From assembly GCF_000142905.1 (NCBI RefSeq), contig NW_013657616.1:1-64000 (forward strand): a stretch of DNA of 64,000 nucleotides. Reading direction: 5' to 3'. The notes beneath the pieces were generated by a model that did no database searches, was not told the DNA's origin, and saw nothing but the letters and a program-made list of their open reading frames with translations. A program made the position numbers and the translations under genes. Shown one piece after another: positions 24,101-35,300 of the stretch. Position 1 is the stretch's first letter; every line of letters begins with the position of its first letter. The DNA is from Thecamonas trahens ATCC 50062. Its lineage: Eukaryota; Protista; Apusomonadida.

Positions 24101-26750
24101 CTCGGGTGTGGTTTCTGCCGCCGGCTCGTCAAGCATTCTCGCTTCGCGGCCGTCGTCGCTGCCGTCAAACGCCGCCTCGCGCTTTCTCGCAGAGTCGTCG
24201 TACCTCGTCACCCAGTCGCTCTCTGGCGACGGCTCGGTCATGCACTCGGCAGCCAACGTGGGAACGGTCTTCTGGGCCGCGCCCGAAGTCCTCACCTCGG
24301 GATCCTGTGCCATGACCACTCAGTCTGACGCGTATGCCCTGGGCATTGTCCTCTGGGAGATTGCGACCCGCGAGGATCTCTATCCTGGCGAGAACGTCCT
24401 CGCCGTCGCCCTCGAGATCCTCGAAGGTCGCCGGCCTGACACCACCTCGATCCCCACCGCGCTCTCGGGCATCATCCCGGTCATTTCCGCTCTTTGGGCC
24501 CAACGAGCCTCGGACCGCCTTGATCTCGACGCCGCCGTCGCCAAGCTCGGCACGCTTTACTCGCCTGAAAATGTGACCTATCCGTCGTCGCTCTCAACGC
24601 CGACCGGCTCGCTCATCGTCGTCCATTGCGTCCTCCGCAACGCGCGCGCCATGCTTCTTGTCAACATCGACGACACCATCGCCCGTCTCCGCATGTTCCA
24701 CGACTCGTTCCCGCATCTCGCCAAGGCTGCCGCTGTCACCATCCTCCAATGGGGGCTTGGTTGGGTCACTCTCGGCGTCCACCGTCCGAGCCAGCTGCCG
24801 GACGTCCTCTTCCTCGTCGAGTCGCTCGCTTCCTCAGAATCGGGTCCCATCGCCATGCTCGTTGCTGAGGGCACCATCGTCTCTTCGAAGGACTCTTTCG
24901 GACACCACACGCTCGGCGGGCCTGTCATCGAAACGCTGCGCGCCAGCTGGGCCACTATGTTTGGCACCAAGGGCTCCGGCTTTGACACCCTCTCCCCGCA
25001 GACTGGCATCGGTACAAACGCCCGCCAGCGTTCACCCCCGCCGCTGGCGGAAGCATGGGACCACGCCGTTCCGGGCGGTATGTTCATCGCCACGACGACT
25101 CTCGCCAACCAGCTCAAGTCCTTGTCCAAAATCCAAGTCATCCGCATCCCTTGGCTCGTCAACGATGAGCCGGTCTTTCAGCTTGTCGACGCCTCGGGCG
25201 TTGCCGTCACAGACGTGGCCAAGCCCATCACTGCTCGCGACTACCGTACCCACTCGGACGAAGCCATCGACAGCAATGCCGATAACGACCTTGGCTCGTT
25301 GGGCTCACGTCCGCCGCTTCCGCCGACCGCCGCCGCTACACCCTCGGCCGTCACCCGCGCCGCCGCCGCCCTCGACGACCTGCTCGTCAACTCGGCAGAC
25401 TTACAAGACTCGGCACTGGTGTGCTCGCTCGACGTTGACGACAACTCGCACTCCCCTGACTCATCGACGTCGTCCCCCGCATACGCCGCCCAGCCGAGCT
25501 CGGATCACCGCCCGGGACGCTCGACCATGGCCGTCACCAAAAGCAATTTTACCGCAGAGTCGAACTCAAACATCTCGCCGTCGCAGCCGCTGGCTCCTAC
25601 CGTCCAATCACCGCCACTCTCGACATCGGGCGGCTCGGTGATGCTCCGGTCGTCCGGCGCGTCAAACCGTCACTCCTCGCCATCCTCGTCATCCTCGTCA
25701 TCCTCGTCATCCGCTCTTGACACTGCCTCGTCGTTGTCGGAAGCAGAGGAGCAGATGGAAAACGCCGTCGGCCGCGAGTTCTCAAGATGGGACCTTCCGC
25801 GCTGGGCCGTCCTCCACATGATGGAGGCGTGCGGCGACGCATGGCTCGGCTCGATGGCCATGGCCTACGAGGCCGTGCTCTCGGGCCAGCCAGTAGTGGT
25901 CAAGGTCCTTCTCCGGCAGAAGATGTCGCCTGGCGACCTGGTGAGCTTTGCCGAGGCCGCCGCCCGTGCTACGCTCGCGTCGGCGGTTGGCGTTGTCGGC
26001 CCCATCGCGGTTTGCCTCGACGCGCCGCTGCTCGCAGTCGTCAATCCGCGCTACGACACCGGCTCGCTTCACGACGCCATGACTGGAGTCTCGCCGCTGG
26101 TTCTCGATCGGCGTGGGTCGTACGCAGTGGCCACGTCGATGACCGAAGCTCTGGCCAAGCTACACGCCGAGACAGGGCGTGCCCACGGAGCGCTGCGCCC
26201 GACCAACGTGGTACTGGTCGGCGCCAACGGCTCCATCCTCTCAGCCCACGTCATTGACTTTGGCTTTGGAGAAGTCAAAACCTCGCTCGGGACGCAGACC
26301 ATGGTTCCGACCGTGGCGTACATGTCGCCGGACGACCTGCGCGGGAGCCTCGACTCGATGCCTGGTGACGTCTTTGTCGTCGGCACACTCCTCTACGAGA
26401 TGCTGACCGGGCTCTCGGCATTTGCTGGCCGCAACGCTATCGAGGTCTCGCACGCCATCATTTCCGGTGAGCGGCCTCAGCTCACCGAAGCAGAAATCGA
26501 GTCGCAGGCCATGCGCCGCCTCATCGCCTCGTGCTGGCTCTCGGACGCAGCTGCGCGTCCGACCATGGCCGAAATCGCTACCCAAGTCGCCGCCCTCGAC
26601 GTCACCGACTTTGTCCAGACCGGTCCCGCTGCCCGTGTCGCCGCCGAATCTGCTGCCCGCGTCGCCGCCGCCACCAAAGCCGCTACTGCCAAAAAGGCCC
26701 GCACACCCCGCCATGCCCATCGCCGCCTCTCATCGGTCTCCGTGGCGTAG
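21112..26750 (+). CDS. Receptor kinase RK1: signal peptide, sugar SBP, CHB_HEX_C-like, TM, TKL kinase, degenerate cyclase, pseudokinase (spans an assembly gap; may be two genes)
   Basis: Signal peptide; SBP motifs APDLL..LSDVW, MYRKSVF..PQTWDELL and FTDPRV; IYFTLDGSEP; TM LLLAIVIPVTLVCCGICAAVGYVIY; kinase motifs GRGSYG, VAIK, HGDFKSLN, DFG and APE. Frameshift at 22035-22037. Gap 23231-23330 is flanked by duplicated sequence. Confidence 0.8.
23231..23330. other. Assembly gap (100 N)
   Basis: N run. Confidence 1.
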
Positions 26751-27048
26751 AGTCTGAAGGCCGTTTGTTGGCAGGTAAGGACTGCGGGTCAAGTATGTCA
26801 CGGCGCACCACCCCCCTCCCCCCTCCCTCCTTCCATCAACCAATGTTCCTCAATTTAACCACCACCACACAAACGCAATCATCTGCACTCCCGCTCTTAG
26901 CCGATGACCCGCAAGCGCACACACGCACACACACACATACACACACACACACACACACACGGCTCGCCATCCCATTCCCCGTCCCCACTCCCCACACAAC
27001 CGAAACCAACTCTCGCAGCATTTGAAATCATTGTGGTTGTGGTCAGAA

Positions 27049-30000
27049 ATGGGTTTGGGCATGGCTATCAGACGTGCAACGTTCGTCTTTGTCGCGGTCG
27101 TGGTCGTAGCGCTTCTTGTGCAAGTCGCATCGGTCGGAGCAGTTGATGACCAGACGGGTCAACCCGATGTGGCAAACCCGACACCATCGACCTTGGCACC
27201 ATCCTCGGCATCGTCCTCGCCCGCATCAGTCAATGCCATGGCCAGTCGATCGTCGTCAACCACACCCGTCGCCCAGTCATACCATCCAACAACGCTCCGC
27301 ATGCACATGCACTCGGCGCCCAACTCTCAATTCACTCTCGTCGGCATCGCCATGGCAGACTACTACAACGCGTACATGAACGGATCGTCGTCGATCTCCG
27401 TCCTCCGCTTTCCCTTCACCAAACTACTGGATCGGTCCAACTTTGCTAGTTGGCTCACAACGCTGGGCGCGCCCGATGTGCTGCCGCACTTTCAAGGCCC
27501 GCGGCCGAACGACTTCTTTGACGACGGCCTCCTAGAGGACTTGACCGACATCTGGGACGAGTACGGCCTCCATGATGACGTCTTGCCGCTAGGCATTGAG
27601 GCGTCCACCGGATCGGATGGCAAGAGGTACCAGGTCCCCATGATAGCGGCCGGCTACATGTGCATGTACCGCGCCTCCATCTTCGACACCTTTGACATCT
27701 CCCCGCCGGTGACATGGATCGAGCTTCTTGCAGTCTGTGCCAAGTTCAAGGCGGTCGGCATTCCGTGCTTCGGCACCGATCTCGACGGCGTGCCCCCCAC
27801 TCAATACTTTGACTCGCTCGCCATCCGCATGCACGGCAACGAGTTCTACGCCGCCCTCTTTGACGCCCAGATCCCGTTTGACGATCCGCGCATCCTGGCC
27901 GTCTTTGACGAGCTCGCCCCGCTGCTTGATCTTGGCTACTTTGGCCTCGAGCCATCGTCGATCCCCGGCGTCAGTCATCAGGTCGTTGGCATTCCCGCCC
28001 TTGCCCGTGGTGAAGTTGCCATTGTCTGCGGCATCGAGTCGGTCTCGGCCTATGTCGGTCTCTTTGGTGTGCCTGACGACGACATTGCTGTGTTTCCCTT
28101 TCCTTCGTTTGATGCCTCCCATCCGGCCGCAACCGCCGGGCCCAAGAGCGATACCTCGGCAGCACTTGGTGTCCTCGGCATTATGGGCGTGCCATGTAAT
28201 GCTGCGTTCATTGACACTGCCAAAGACTTTGCCCGGCTCATGGCCGACAAGTCGGCCATGGCCACTATCCTCGCCAACCGCCCTGGCATCGTCCCACTGC
28301 GGTCCTCGCTCGCGTCTCTTCTCACTACCAACCGCTCACGGCAGGTCTACGAGACCCTGGCATCGGCCCCAGTCGTCCTCCGCAGCACCGGTATCGCTGG
28401 CTTTGGCGAGCCTGCTATCTTCATGGAGTGGGCCAACCTCGTCTTTAGCTTTTATGCCGGTAACAACGCCGCCGAGTCTCGTGCAGTCCTCGACACTACC
28501 CTCGTTGTTCTCGAGTCGCTGCGCCTGAGACTCGTCCTCGGTCAAGCCGCACAGCCCGAGTTCTCGCCCCGATCGGGTGCTTTTGCTTCAGCTGTCACGC
28601 TCACGCTCTCCTCGCCCGAGGAAGGTGCCGTCATCTACTTTACCCTCGACGGCTCGGAGCCGTCGTTCACTTCGTCCGTCTATCTTCGGCCCATCCGCAT
28701 CGCCACCTCGGGCACCGTCACCGTCCGCGCTACTGCCGCCGTCCAGGGCCTCTCGCTCGCTACCCCGGCTTCTGCCACCTACGTCGTCAACATCCCGCCG
28801 GCCACAGACTCGGGCTCAGTCCGCCTCTCGCTCCTCCTTGCCATCGTCATCCCGGTCACTCTCGCTTGCTGCGGCATCTGCGCCGCTGTCGGCTACGTCA
28901 TCTACCGTCGTAAGTCGGTCACCTACACCCTCGTCTCGGACGCCGAGCTCGTCATCCCGCCCGAGAACCTCCGCGTCCTCCACGTCGTCGGCCGCGGCTC
29001 GTACGGCACCGTCTACGCCGGGACATGGCGCGCCACGAGCGTGGCCATCAAGCGCATGCATGCCAAGGTGCTCGGCCCACGCGAGCTCTCCGAGTTTGTG
29101 GACGAGGCCCACACGCTGCACCTCCTCCGCCACCCGAACATTGTCATCTTTATGGGCGTCACGCTCGAGCCGCCGGCCATTGTGACCGAGTTTATGGATC
29201 GCGGCTCGATGTACGAGGTCCTCCACACGGCCGAGTTGTTCCTCGACCCGTCGATGGTCTTCAAGTGGGCGCACAACATCGCACAGGGACTGCAGTACCT
29301 CTCGCATGCCGGGATTGTACACGGCGACTTCAAGTCGCTCAACGTGCTCTTTGACTCGTCGTGGGTGCCCAAGATCTGCGACTTTGGCCTATCGTCGGTC
29401 AAGAAGGACGGCAGTCTCGCCGACGCTCCGCTGGTGACCAAAACCCCGCGAGGCGCAGCAATCGCAGCAGCTGCTTCAGATTCGTTCTCTACTCTCGCAG
29501 CTGGGTCGGCATTGTCGATCGGCTCGGTCCGGCTCGGCTCGGTGCCGTTTTCATCTCACGCACTCTCCGATGGCAGCGAGGAGCAGCTGCAGCTTGCGGC
29601 CAACGTGGGGACAGTGTTTTGGGCTGCGCCCGAGGTGCTTGTTAAGGGCAAGGAAGCGCTGACGACCGAGTCAGATGCGTATGCGCTCGGGATCACCTTG
29701 TGGGAGCTGGCGACACGACAGGACCTCTTCCCGCGCGAGAACGTGCTTGCTGTTGCCCTCGAGGTGGTCCACGGGCGGCGGCCTCCTGTCGAAGCTGTCC
29801 CCGCCTCGTGCGCCGGCATTTTGCCCGTCATGAAGGCACTGTGGAATGGCGATGCCGCCAACAGGATGCGGCTCGACGAGGCTGTCGAAGCGCTTGGTGG
29901 GCTGTACTCTCCGGAGCAGGTCATCTACCCCTCATCGCGGTCGGCGCCGTCCGGAAACATCATTGTCTTGCACTGCGTCATCCGCCATGTTCGCGACAGG

Positions 30001-32064
30001 CTGTTGACTGACATCGACAACGCCGTGACTCAGCTCAGGGTGTTCCACGACGCAATGCCGCAGCTTGCAAAAGCGTCGTCCATCACTATTCTTCAGTGGG
30101 GCCTCGGCTGGGTCACCTTTGGCGTCCACCGCCCGAGTCAACTCCTCAACTTTCACTTCCTCATCGCTGACAAAGTCGGGCCCGTCACCATGCTTGCTGC
30201 CGAGGGCACCATTGTGGCCTCCAAGGACTCGTTCGGTCATGAGGCTCTGGGGGGGCCAGTCATGGCCACCATTGCCACCCGCTGGGCTTCCATGTTTGGC
30301 ACTTGTGGCTCGGGCTTTGATGCCCTCAAGCCCCAGACCAGCACCACGACACAAAGCTCGGCCTCGCCGCTGCTCTCGGACGCTTGGCAGCACGCGGTGC
30401 CCGGTGGGATGTTTGTGGCCACAGAGGGCCTCGCTACTCAGATCCGCGAACTTGGCCAAACCAAAGTGGCCAAGATCCCGTGGCTCGTCGAGGGTGAACC
30501 AGTCTTCCAAGTCGTTGACTCTACCGGTGTCGCTGTCGCCGACGCTGCCAAGCCGCTCACTGCACGCGATCGGTCGAACGGTCCACATGCTGTCGCTCCG
30601 TCCGGCACGACTGCGGTCGGCCACAACGGTGAGCTGGTCATCTCCGCCCCCGACCGTCGCAGCCGTCCACCACCCTCCGGCAGTGAGAGCCATCGGAGCC
30701 ATCGGACAGCAAGTACAGCACGGTCGTCGGCTGCCCTGGACGACCTTCTCGTCGGCTCAACCGAGTTTCACGACTCGGCCATCGCCATGTCCCTCAATCT
30801 GGGTTCGTTGAGCAACACCGCGAGTCGGACAAGTCTGCCACATCCCGACGCCACCAAAATCACGCCGGGTCCGGGCTCATTGTCGACGTCATCATCGTCG
30901 TCAAGCTCTGTGCCGTCGGAGGGCGAGAACAGGACAAACGGTTCGCCGACCACAATCGGTGCCCCTGGCAGTTCCAGCTTGGCCTCGTCGTCGTCGGATA
31001 ATTCATCGTCGTCGGTGGCGGTGTCGTCAGCGTCGACATCGTCGTCATTGTCCGACGAGGAGCAGCTCGAGGCTCAGGAGTCGCTTGAGCTCTCCAAGTG
31101 GCACCTGCCACGGTGGGCAATTGTGGCCATGATGGAGAACTGTGGCGGCGCATGGCTCGGCTCGATGGCCATGGCCTATGAGGCCGTGCTCTCAGGCCAG
31201 CCAGTAGTGGTCAAGGTCCTTCTCCGGCAGAAGATGTCGCCTGACGACCTGGTGAGCTTTGCCGAGGCCGCCGCCCGTGCTACGCTCGCGTCAACGGTCG
31301 GCGTCGTCGGACCCATCGCGGTTTGCCTCGACGCGCCGCTGCTCGCAGTCGTCAATCCGCGCTACGACACCGGCTCACTCCACGACGCCATGACCGGAGC
31401 CTCGCCGCTGGTTCTCGATCGGCGAGGCGCACATGCAGTGGCAACGTCGATGACTGCCGCGCTGACCAAGCTACACGCCGAGACAGAGCGTGCCCACGGA
31501 GCGCTGCGGCCGTCCAACATCTTCCTCGTCGGCTCCAACTCCACCATCATCTCGGCACACGTCACCGACTACGGGTTCACCACCGTCAAGACCACCCTCG
31601 GGACTCAGACCATGGTCCCAACTGTGGCGTACATGTCGCCGGATGAGCTCCGTGGAAACCTCGACTCGATGCCTGGCGACGTTTTTGTCGTCGGCACGCT
31701 CCTCTACGAGATGCTCACCGGGCAAGTCGCCTTCTCGGGGCGCAACGCCATTGAGGTCTCGCAGGCCATGGTTTCGGACGCCCGGCCGTCGCTCACGGAC
31801 GCCGAGATTGTCTCCCCCATCCTACGCCGCATCATCGATGAGTGCTGGGCCTCCAAGCCTGCATCACGGCCCACCATGAGTGAGCTGAGCAAGCAGCTCG
31901 CGGCACTCAAGGTCGACGACTTTGTCCAGACCGGCGCCGCAGCTCGCAACGCCAACGAGACCGCAGCTCGCATCGAGGCTACCCGCAAGAAAAAGCGCGG
32001 CGTCAACTCACTCTCGCAGATGCGCCGTGGCATCCAGAGCGATCCTAGAGCCATGTCCTCGTAA
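27049..32064 (+). CDS. Receptor kinase RK2 (intact single ORF, same architecture as RK1)
   Basis: Uninterrupted ORF of about 1670 aa with N-terminal hydrophobic segment, SBP, IYFTLDGSEP, TM, HGDFKSLN kinase, cyclase-like PSGNIIVLHCV..QWGLGW, Ser-rich linker, and a second kinase fold (HGALRPSN/DYG). Confidence 0.92.
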   Translation: MGLGMAIRRATFVFVAVVVVALLVQVASVGAVDDQTGQPDVANPTPSTLAPSSASSSPASVNAMASRSSSTTPVAQSYHPTTLRMHMHSAPNSQFTLVGIAMADYYNAYMNGSSSISVLRFPFTKLLDRSNFASWLTTLGAPDVLPHFQGPRPNDFFDDGLLEDLTDIWDEYGLHDDVLPLGIEASTGSDGKRYQVPMIAAGYMCMYRASIFDTFDISPPVTWIELLAVCAKFKAVGIPCFGTDLDGVPPTQYFDSLAIRMHGNEFYAALFDAQIPFDDPRILAVFDELAPLLDLGYFGLEPSSIPGVSHQVVGIPALARGEVAIVCGIESVSAYVGLFGVPDDDIAVFPFPSFDASHPAATAGPKSDTSAALGVLGIMGVPCNAAFIDTAKDFARLMADKSAMATILANRPGIVPLRSSLASLLTTNRSRQVYETLASAPVVLRSTGIAGFGEPAIFMEWANLVFSFYAGNNAAESRAVLDTTLVVLESLRLRLVLGQAAQPEFSPRSGAFASAVTLTLSSPEEGAVIYFTLDGSEPSFTSSVYLRPIRIATSGTVTVRATAAVQGLSLATPASATYVVNIPPATDSGSVRLSLLLAIVIPVTLACCGICAAVGYVIYRRKSVTYTLVSDAELVIPPENLRVLHVVGRGSYGTVYAGTWRATSVAIKRMHAKVLGPRELSEFVDEAHTLHLLRHPNIVIFMGVTLEPPAIVTEFMDRGSMYEVLHTAELFLDPSMVFKWAHNIAQGLQYLSHAGIVHGDFKSLNVLFDSSWVPKICDFGLSSVKKDGSLADAPLVTKTPRGAAIAAAASDSFSTLAAGSALSIGSVRLGSVPFSSHALSDGSEEQLQLAANVGTVFWAAPEVLVKGKEALTTESDAYALGITLWELATRQDLFPRENVLAVALEVVHGRRPPVEAVPASCAGILPVMKALWNGDAANRMRLDEAVEALGGLYSPEQVIYPSSRSAPSGNIIVLHCVIRHVRDRLLTDIDNAVTQLRVFHDAMPQLAKASSITILQWGLGWVTFGVHRPSQLLNFHFLIADKVGPVTMLAAEGTIVASKDSFGHEALGGPVMATIATRWASMFGTCGSGFDALKPQTSTTTQSSASPLLSDAWQHAVPGGMFVATEGLATQIRELGQTKVAKIPWLVEGEPVFQVVDSTGVAVADAAKPLTARDRSNGPHAVAPSGTTAVGHNGELVISAPDRRSRPPPSGSESHRSHRTASTARSSAALDDLLVGSTEFHDSAIAMSLNLGSLSNTASRTSLPHPDATKITPGPGSLSTSSSSSSSVPSEGENRTNGSPTTIGAPGSSSLASSSSDNSSSSVAVSSASTSSSLSDEEQLEAQESLELSKWHLPRWAIVAMMENCGGAWLGSMAMAYEAVLSGQPVVVKVLLRQKMSPDDLVSFAEAAARATLASTVGVVGPIAVCLDAPLLAVVNPRYDTGSLHDAMTGASPLVLDRRGAHAVATSMTAALTKLHAETERAHGALRPSNIFLVGSNSTIISAHVTDYGFTTVKTTLGTQTMVPTVAYMSPDELRGNLDSMPGDVFVVGTLLYEMLTGQVAFSGRNAIEVSQAMVSDARPSLTDAEIVSPILRRIIDECWASKPASRPTMSELSKQLAALKVDDFVQTGAAARNANETAARIEATRKKKRGVNSLSQMRRGIQSDPRAMSS

Positions 32065-32354
32065 CAGGCAACCAATTGCAGCCTGAAATTGAGAGGCGCA
32101 CGCAAACAATTTGGACTCTGTTAAATTGGTGATTTAATCACGGCGAGCGGAATATTTGTCATACCTAACCAACCCGCACCCCCCAACACCCGCAACCTGC
32201 CAGCCCAGCGTTGCCAACACCAGGACACCCCTCCTCAGCCGAGTCACTCAAGCCCGGTGAGAACCGAGCAAACAAGCTGTCAATGAGCAGACGCGGCCAC
32301 GGCGAGGGCAGTACAAGATGGAGCAAGGACTCAAGGCGCATCATACACACACCC

Positions 32355-35300
32355 ATGCCTCTTGTCTCCCTCATCCTTGCCATGTTTGTTCTCCTCCTTC
32401 CTATTGGCCAACTCACCCGAGCAAGTGACGCCCCAGTCAGTATGGGTCGCGCCAATTTGCGCATGCATGTCTACTCTGCGCCATCATCTCAATTCACCCT
32501 TGTCGGCGTGGCCATGGCAGAGTACTACAACGCACACGTCAACGATTCAAGTCATATTGACGTCATTCGCTTCCCTCTGCAGCAACTTCTCGATCGATCG
32601 ATCTACTCGTATTGGGTCGACGCGCTCGGTGGTCCAGACGTCTTGCCGCTCTTTCAAGGTGCGCGGGCGAAGGAGTTTGTCGATAGTCACCTCCTCGTCG
32701 ACCTTACTGATGTGTGGGATGAGACTGGCCTCACCGGTGACGTTTTTCCGCTTGTGGATGACGCTGTCACAGACTCGAGTGGCCAGGGCAGGTACGCCGT
32801 GCCCACTCTCGGCTCGGGCTCTATGTGCATGTACCGCGCATCGGTCTTTGCCGCCCACGGCGTCCAGCCTCCGGCGAGCTGGAAGGCCCTCCTCGAGCTC
32901 TGTGCCGTCTTTCATGCTGTTGGCATTCCTTGCTTTGGCACCGATCTCGAGACGCTGCCGGTCTCGCAGTACTTTGACGGGCTCGCGGTGCGGATGCACG
33001 GCAACATGTTCTACGCTGACTTTTTCGACGGTCATGTCTCGTTCACTGACCCGCGAGTGCTTGCCGTCTTTGAGGAGCTCATCGATCTCATCGAACTCGG
33101 CTACTTTGGCATGCAGGCATCGTCGCTGCCTGGCCTCTCCAGCGAAGTGGTGAGCTTTGGCGCGCTCGCCCGCGGCGACGTCGCCGTCATTTGCGGTCTC
33201 GAGTCGCTCTCACCATACCTCACGCTGTTTGGCGTGCCCGACGATGACGTCCTTGCCTTTCCCTTTCCCACTGTAGCTCGGACCCACCCGCGGGCCACTG
33301 CCACGGCTGAGACCGACACCTCGGCAGCACTCGGGGTTCTGGGCATCATGAGCATCCCAAAGAACGCCGTCTATCTGGCCGAGGCCAAGAACTTTGCGCG
33401 GATCACCATGACCAGGGAGGCGACAACCGCCATTCTGGCCAACCGGCCTGGTATGGTTCCGCTCCGTAGGTCGATGGCTTCACTCCTCACCACCAACCGC
33501 TCTCGGCAGGTCTTCGACATGTTTGCCTCGTCGCCAATCCTCCTCCGCAACTCGGCGCTGGTCGGCTTTGGCATCCCCGCGGTCATCGACGGTTGGTGGC
33601 AAACGCTACTTCGATTCTACTCGGCACCCAACGGCGCTGAGGCCCGTGCTGGGCTCGTCAGCGATCTCGCCGCAGTCGACGCGCTCCGAGTCCGACTTGT
33701 CCTCGGCCAGGCTGCGCAGCCCGAGTTTACTCCTCCGTCGGGCACGTTTTCCAACACGGTCAGCGTCGTCATTTCGTCGTCCCAGGACGATGCCGTCATC
33801 TACTTTACCCTCGATGGCTCGGAGCCGTCGTTCACTTCGTCTGTCTACTCTGAGCCCATCCGCATCGCCACCTCGGACACCGTCACCGTCCGCGCTACTG
33901 CCGCCGTCCAGGGCCTCTCGCTCGCTACCCCGGCTTCTGCCACCTACGTCGTCAACATCCCGCCGGCCACAGACTCGGGCTCAGTCCGCCTCTCGCTCCT
34001 CCTTGCCATCGTCATCCCGGTCACTCTCGCTTGCTGCGGCATCTGCGCCGCTGTCGGCTACGTCATCTACCGTCGCAAGTCGGTCACCTACACCCTCGTC
34101 TCGGACGCCGAGCTCGTCATCCCGCCCGAGAACCTCCGCGTCCTCCACGTCGTCGGCCGCGGCTCGTACGGCACCGTCTACGCCGGGACATGGCGCGCCA
34201 CGAGCGTGGCCATCAAGCGCATGCATGCCAAGGTGCTCGGCCCACGCGAGCTCTCCGAGTTTGTGGACGAGGCCCACACGCTGCACCTCCTCCGCCACCC
34301 GAACATTGTCATCTTTATGGGCGTCACGCTCGAGCCGCCGGCCATTGTGACCGAGTTTATGGATCGCGGCTCGACGATACAGGTCACCCGTCATACCGTC
34401 GCAAGTCGGTCACCTACACCCTCGTCTCGGACGCCGAGCTCGTCATCCCGCCCGAGAACCTCCGCGTCCTCCACGTCGTCGGCCGCGGCTCGTACGGCAC
34501 CGTCTACGCCGGGACATGGCGCGCCACGAGCGTGGCCATCAAGCGCATGCATGCCAAGGTGCTCGGCCCACGCGAGCTCTCCGAGTTTGTGGACGAGGCC
34601 CACACGCTGCACCTCCTCCGCCACCCGAACATTGTCATCTTTATGGGTGTCACGCTCGAGCCGCCGGCCATTGTGACCGAGTTTATGGATCGCGGCTCGA
34701 TGTACGAGGTCCTCCACACGGCCGAGTTGTTCCTCGACCCGTCGATGGTCTTCAAGTGGGCGCACAACATCGCACAGGGACTGCAGTACCTCTCGCATGC
34801 CGGGATTGTACACGGCGACTTCAAGTCGCTCAACGTGCTCTTTGACTCGTCGTGGGTGCCCAAGATCTGCGACTTTGGCCTATCGTTGGTCAAGAATGAT
34901 GTGGCTGGTGGTAGGCCTGTGGCGCCTAGTGCAGTGCAGACGTCTGATGCGGCTCTCTCATGGGCAATGCCGTTTACGAGGCATGATTCGGTCAAATCGT
35001 CCCGCGGCTGGGCGACTGGGGCGGTCGACAGCTCTCGTCTGGTATCGGTCGAGGCCGATGATGGCTCCGAGTTAATGACGATGAACACGACCGGGACGAT
35101 GTTCTGGGCGGCACCCGAGGTGCTGATGGGCGGCAAGGAAGATTTGACCACCGAGTCTGATGCGTTTGCCCTGGGTATTACGCTGTGGGAGTTGGCAACG
35201 CGCGAGGACCTGTATGCCGGGGAGAACGCGCTTGCAGTGGCGTTGCAGGTAGTGGGCGGGCGGCGGCCGGAGATTGCGATTGTGCCGTCGGGACTGGTGG

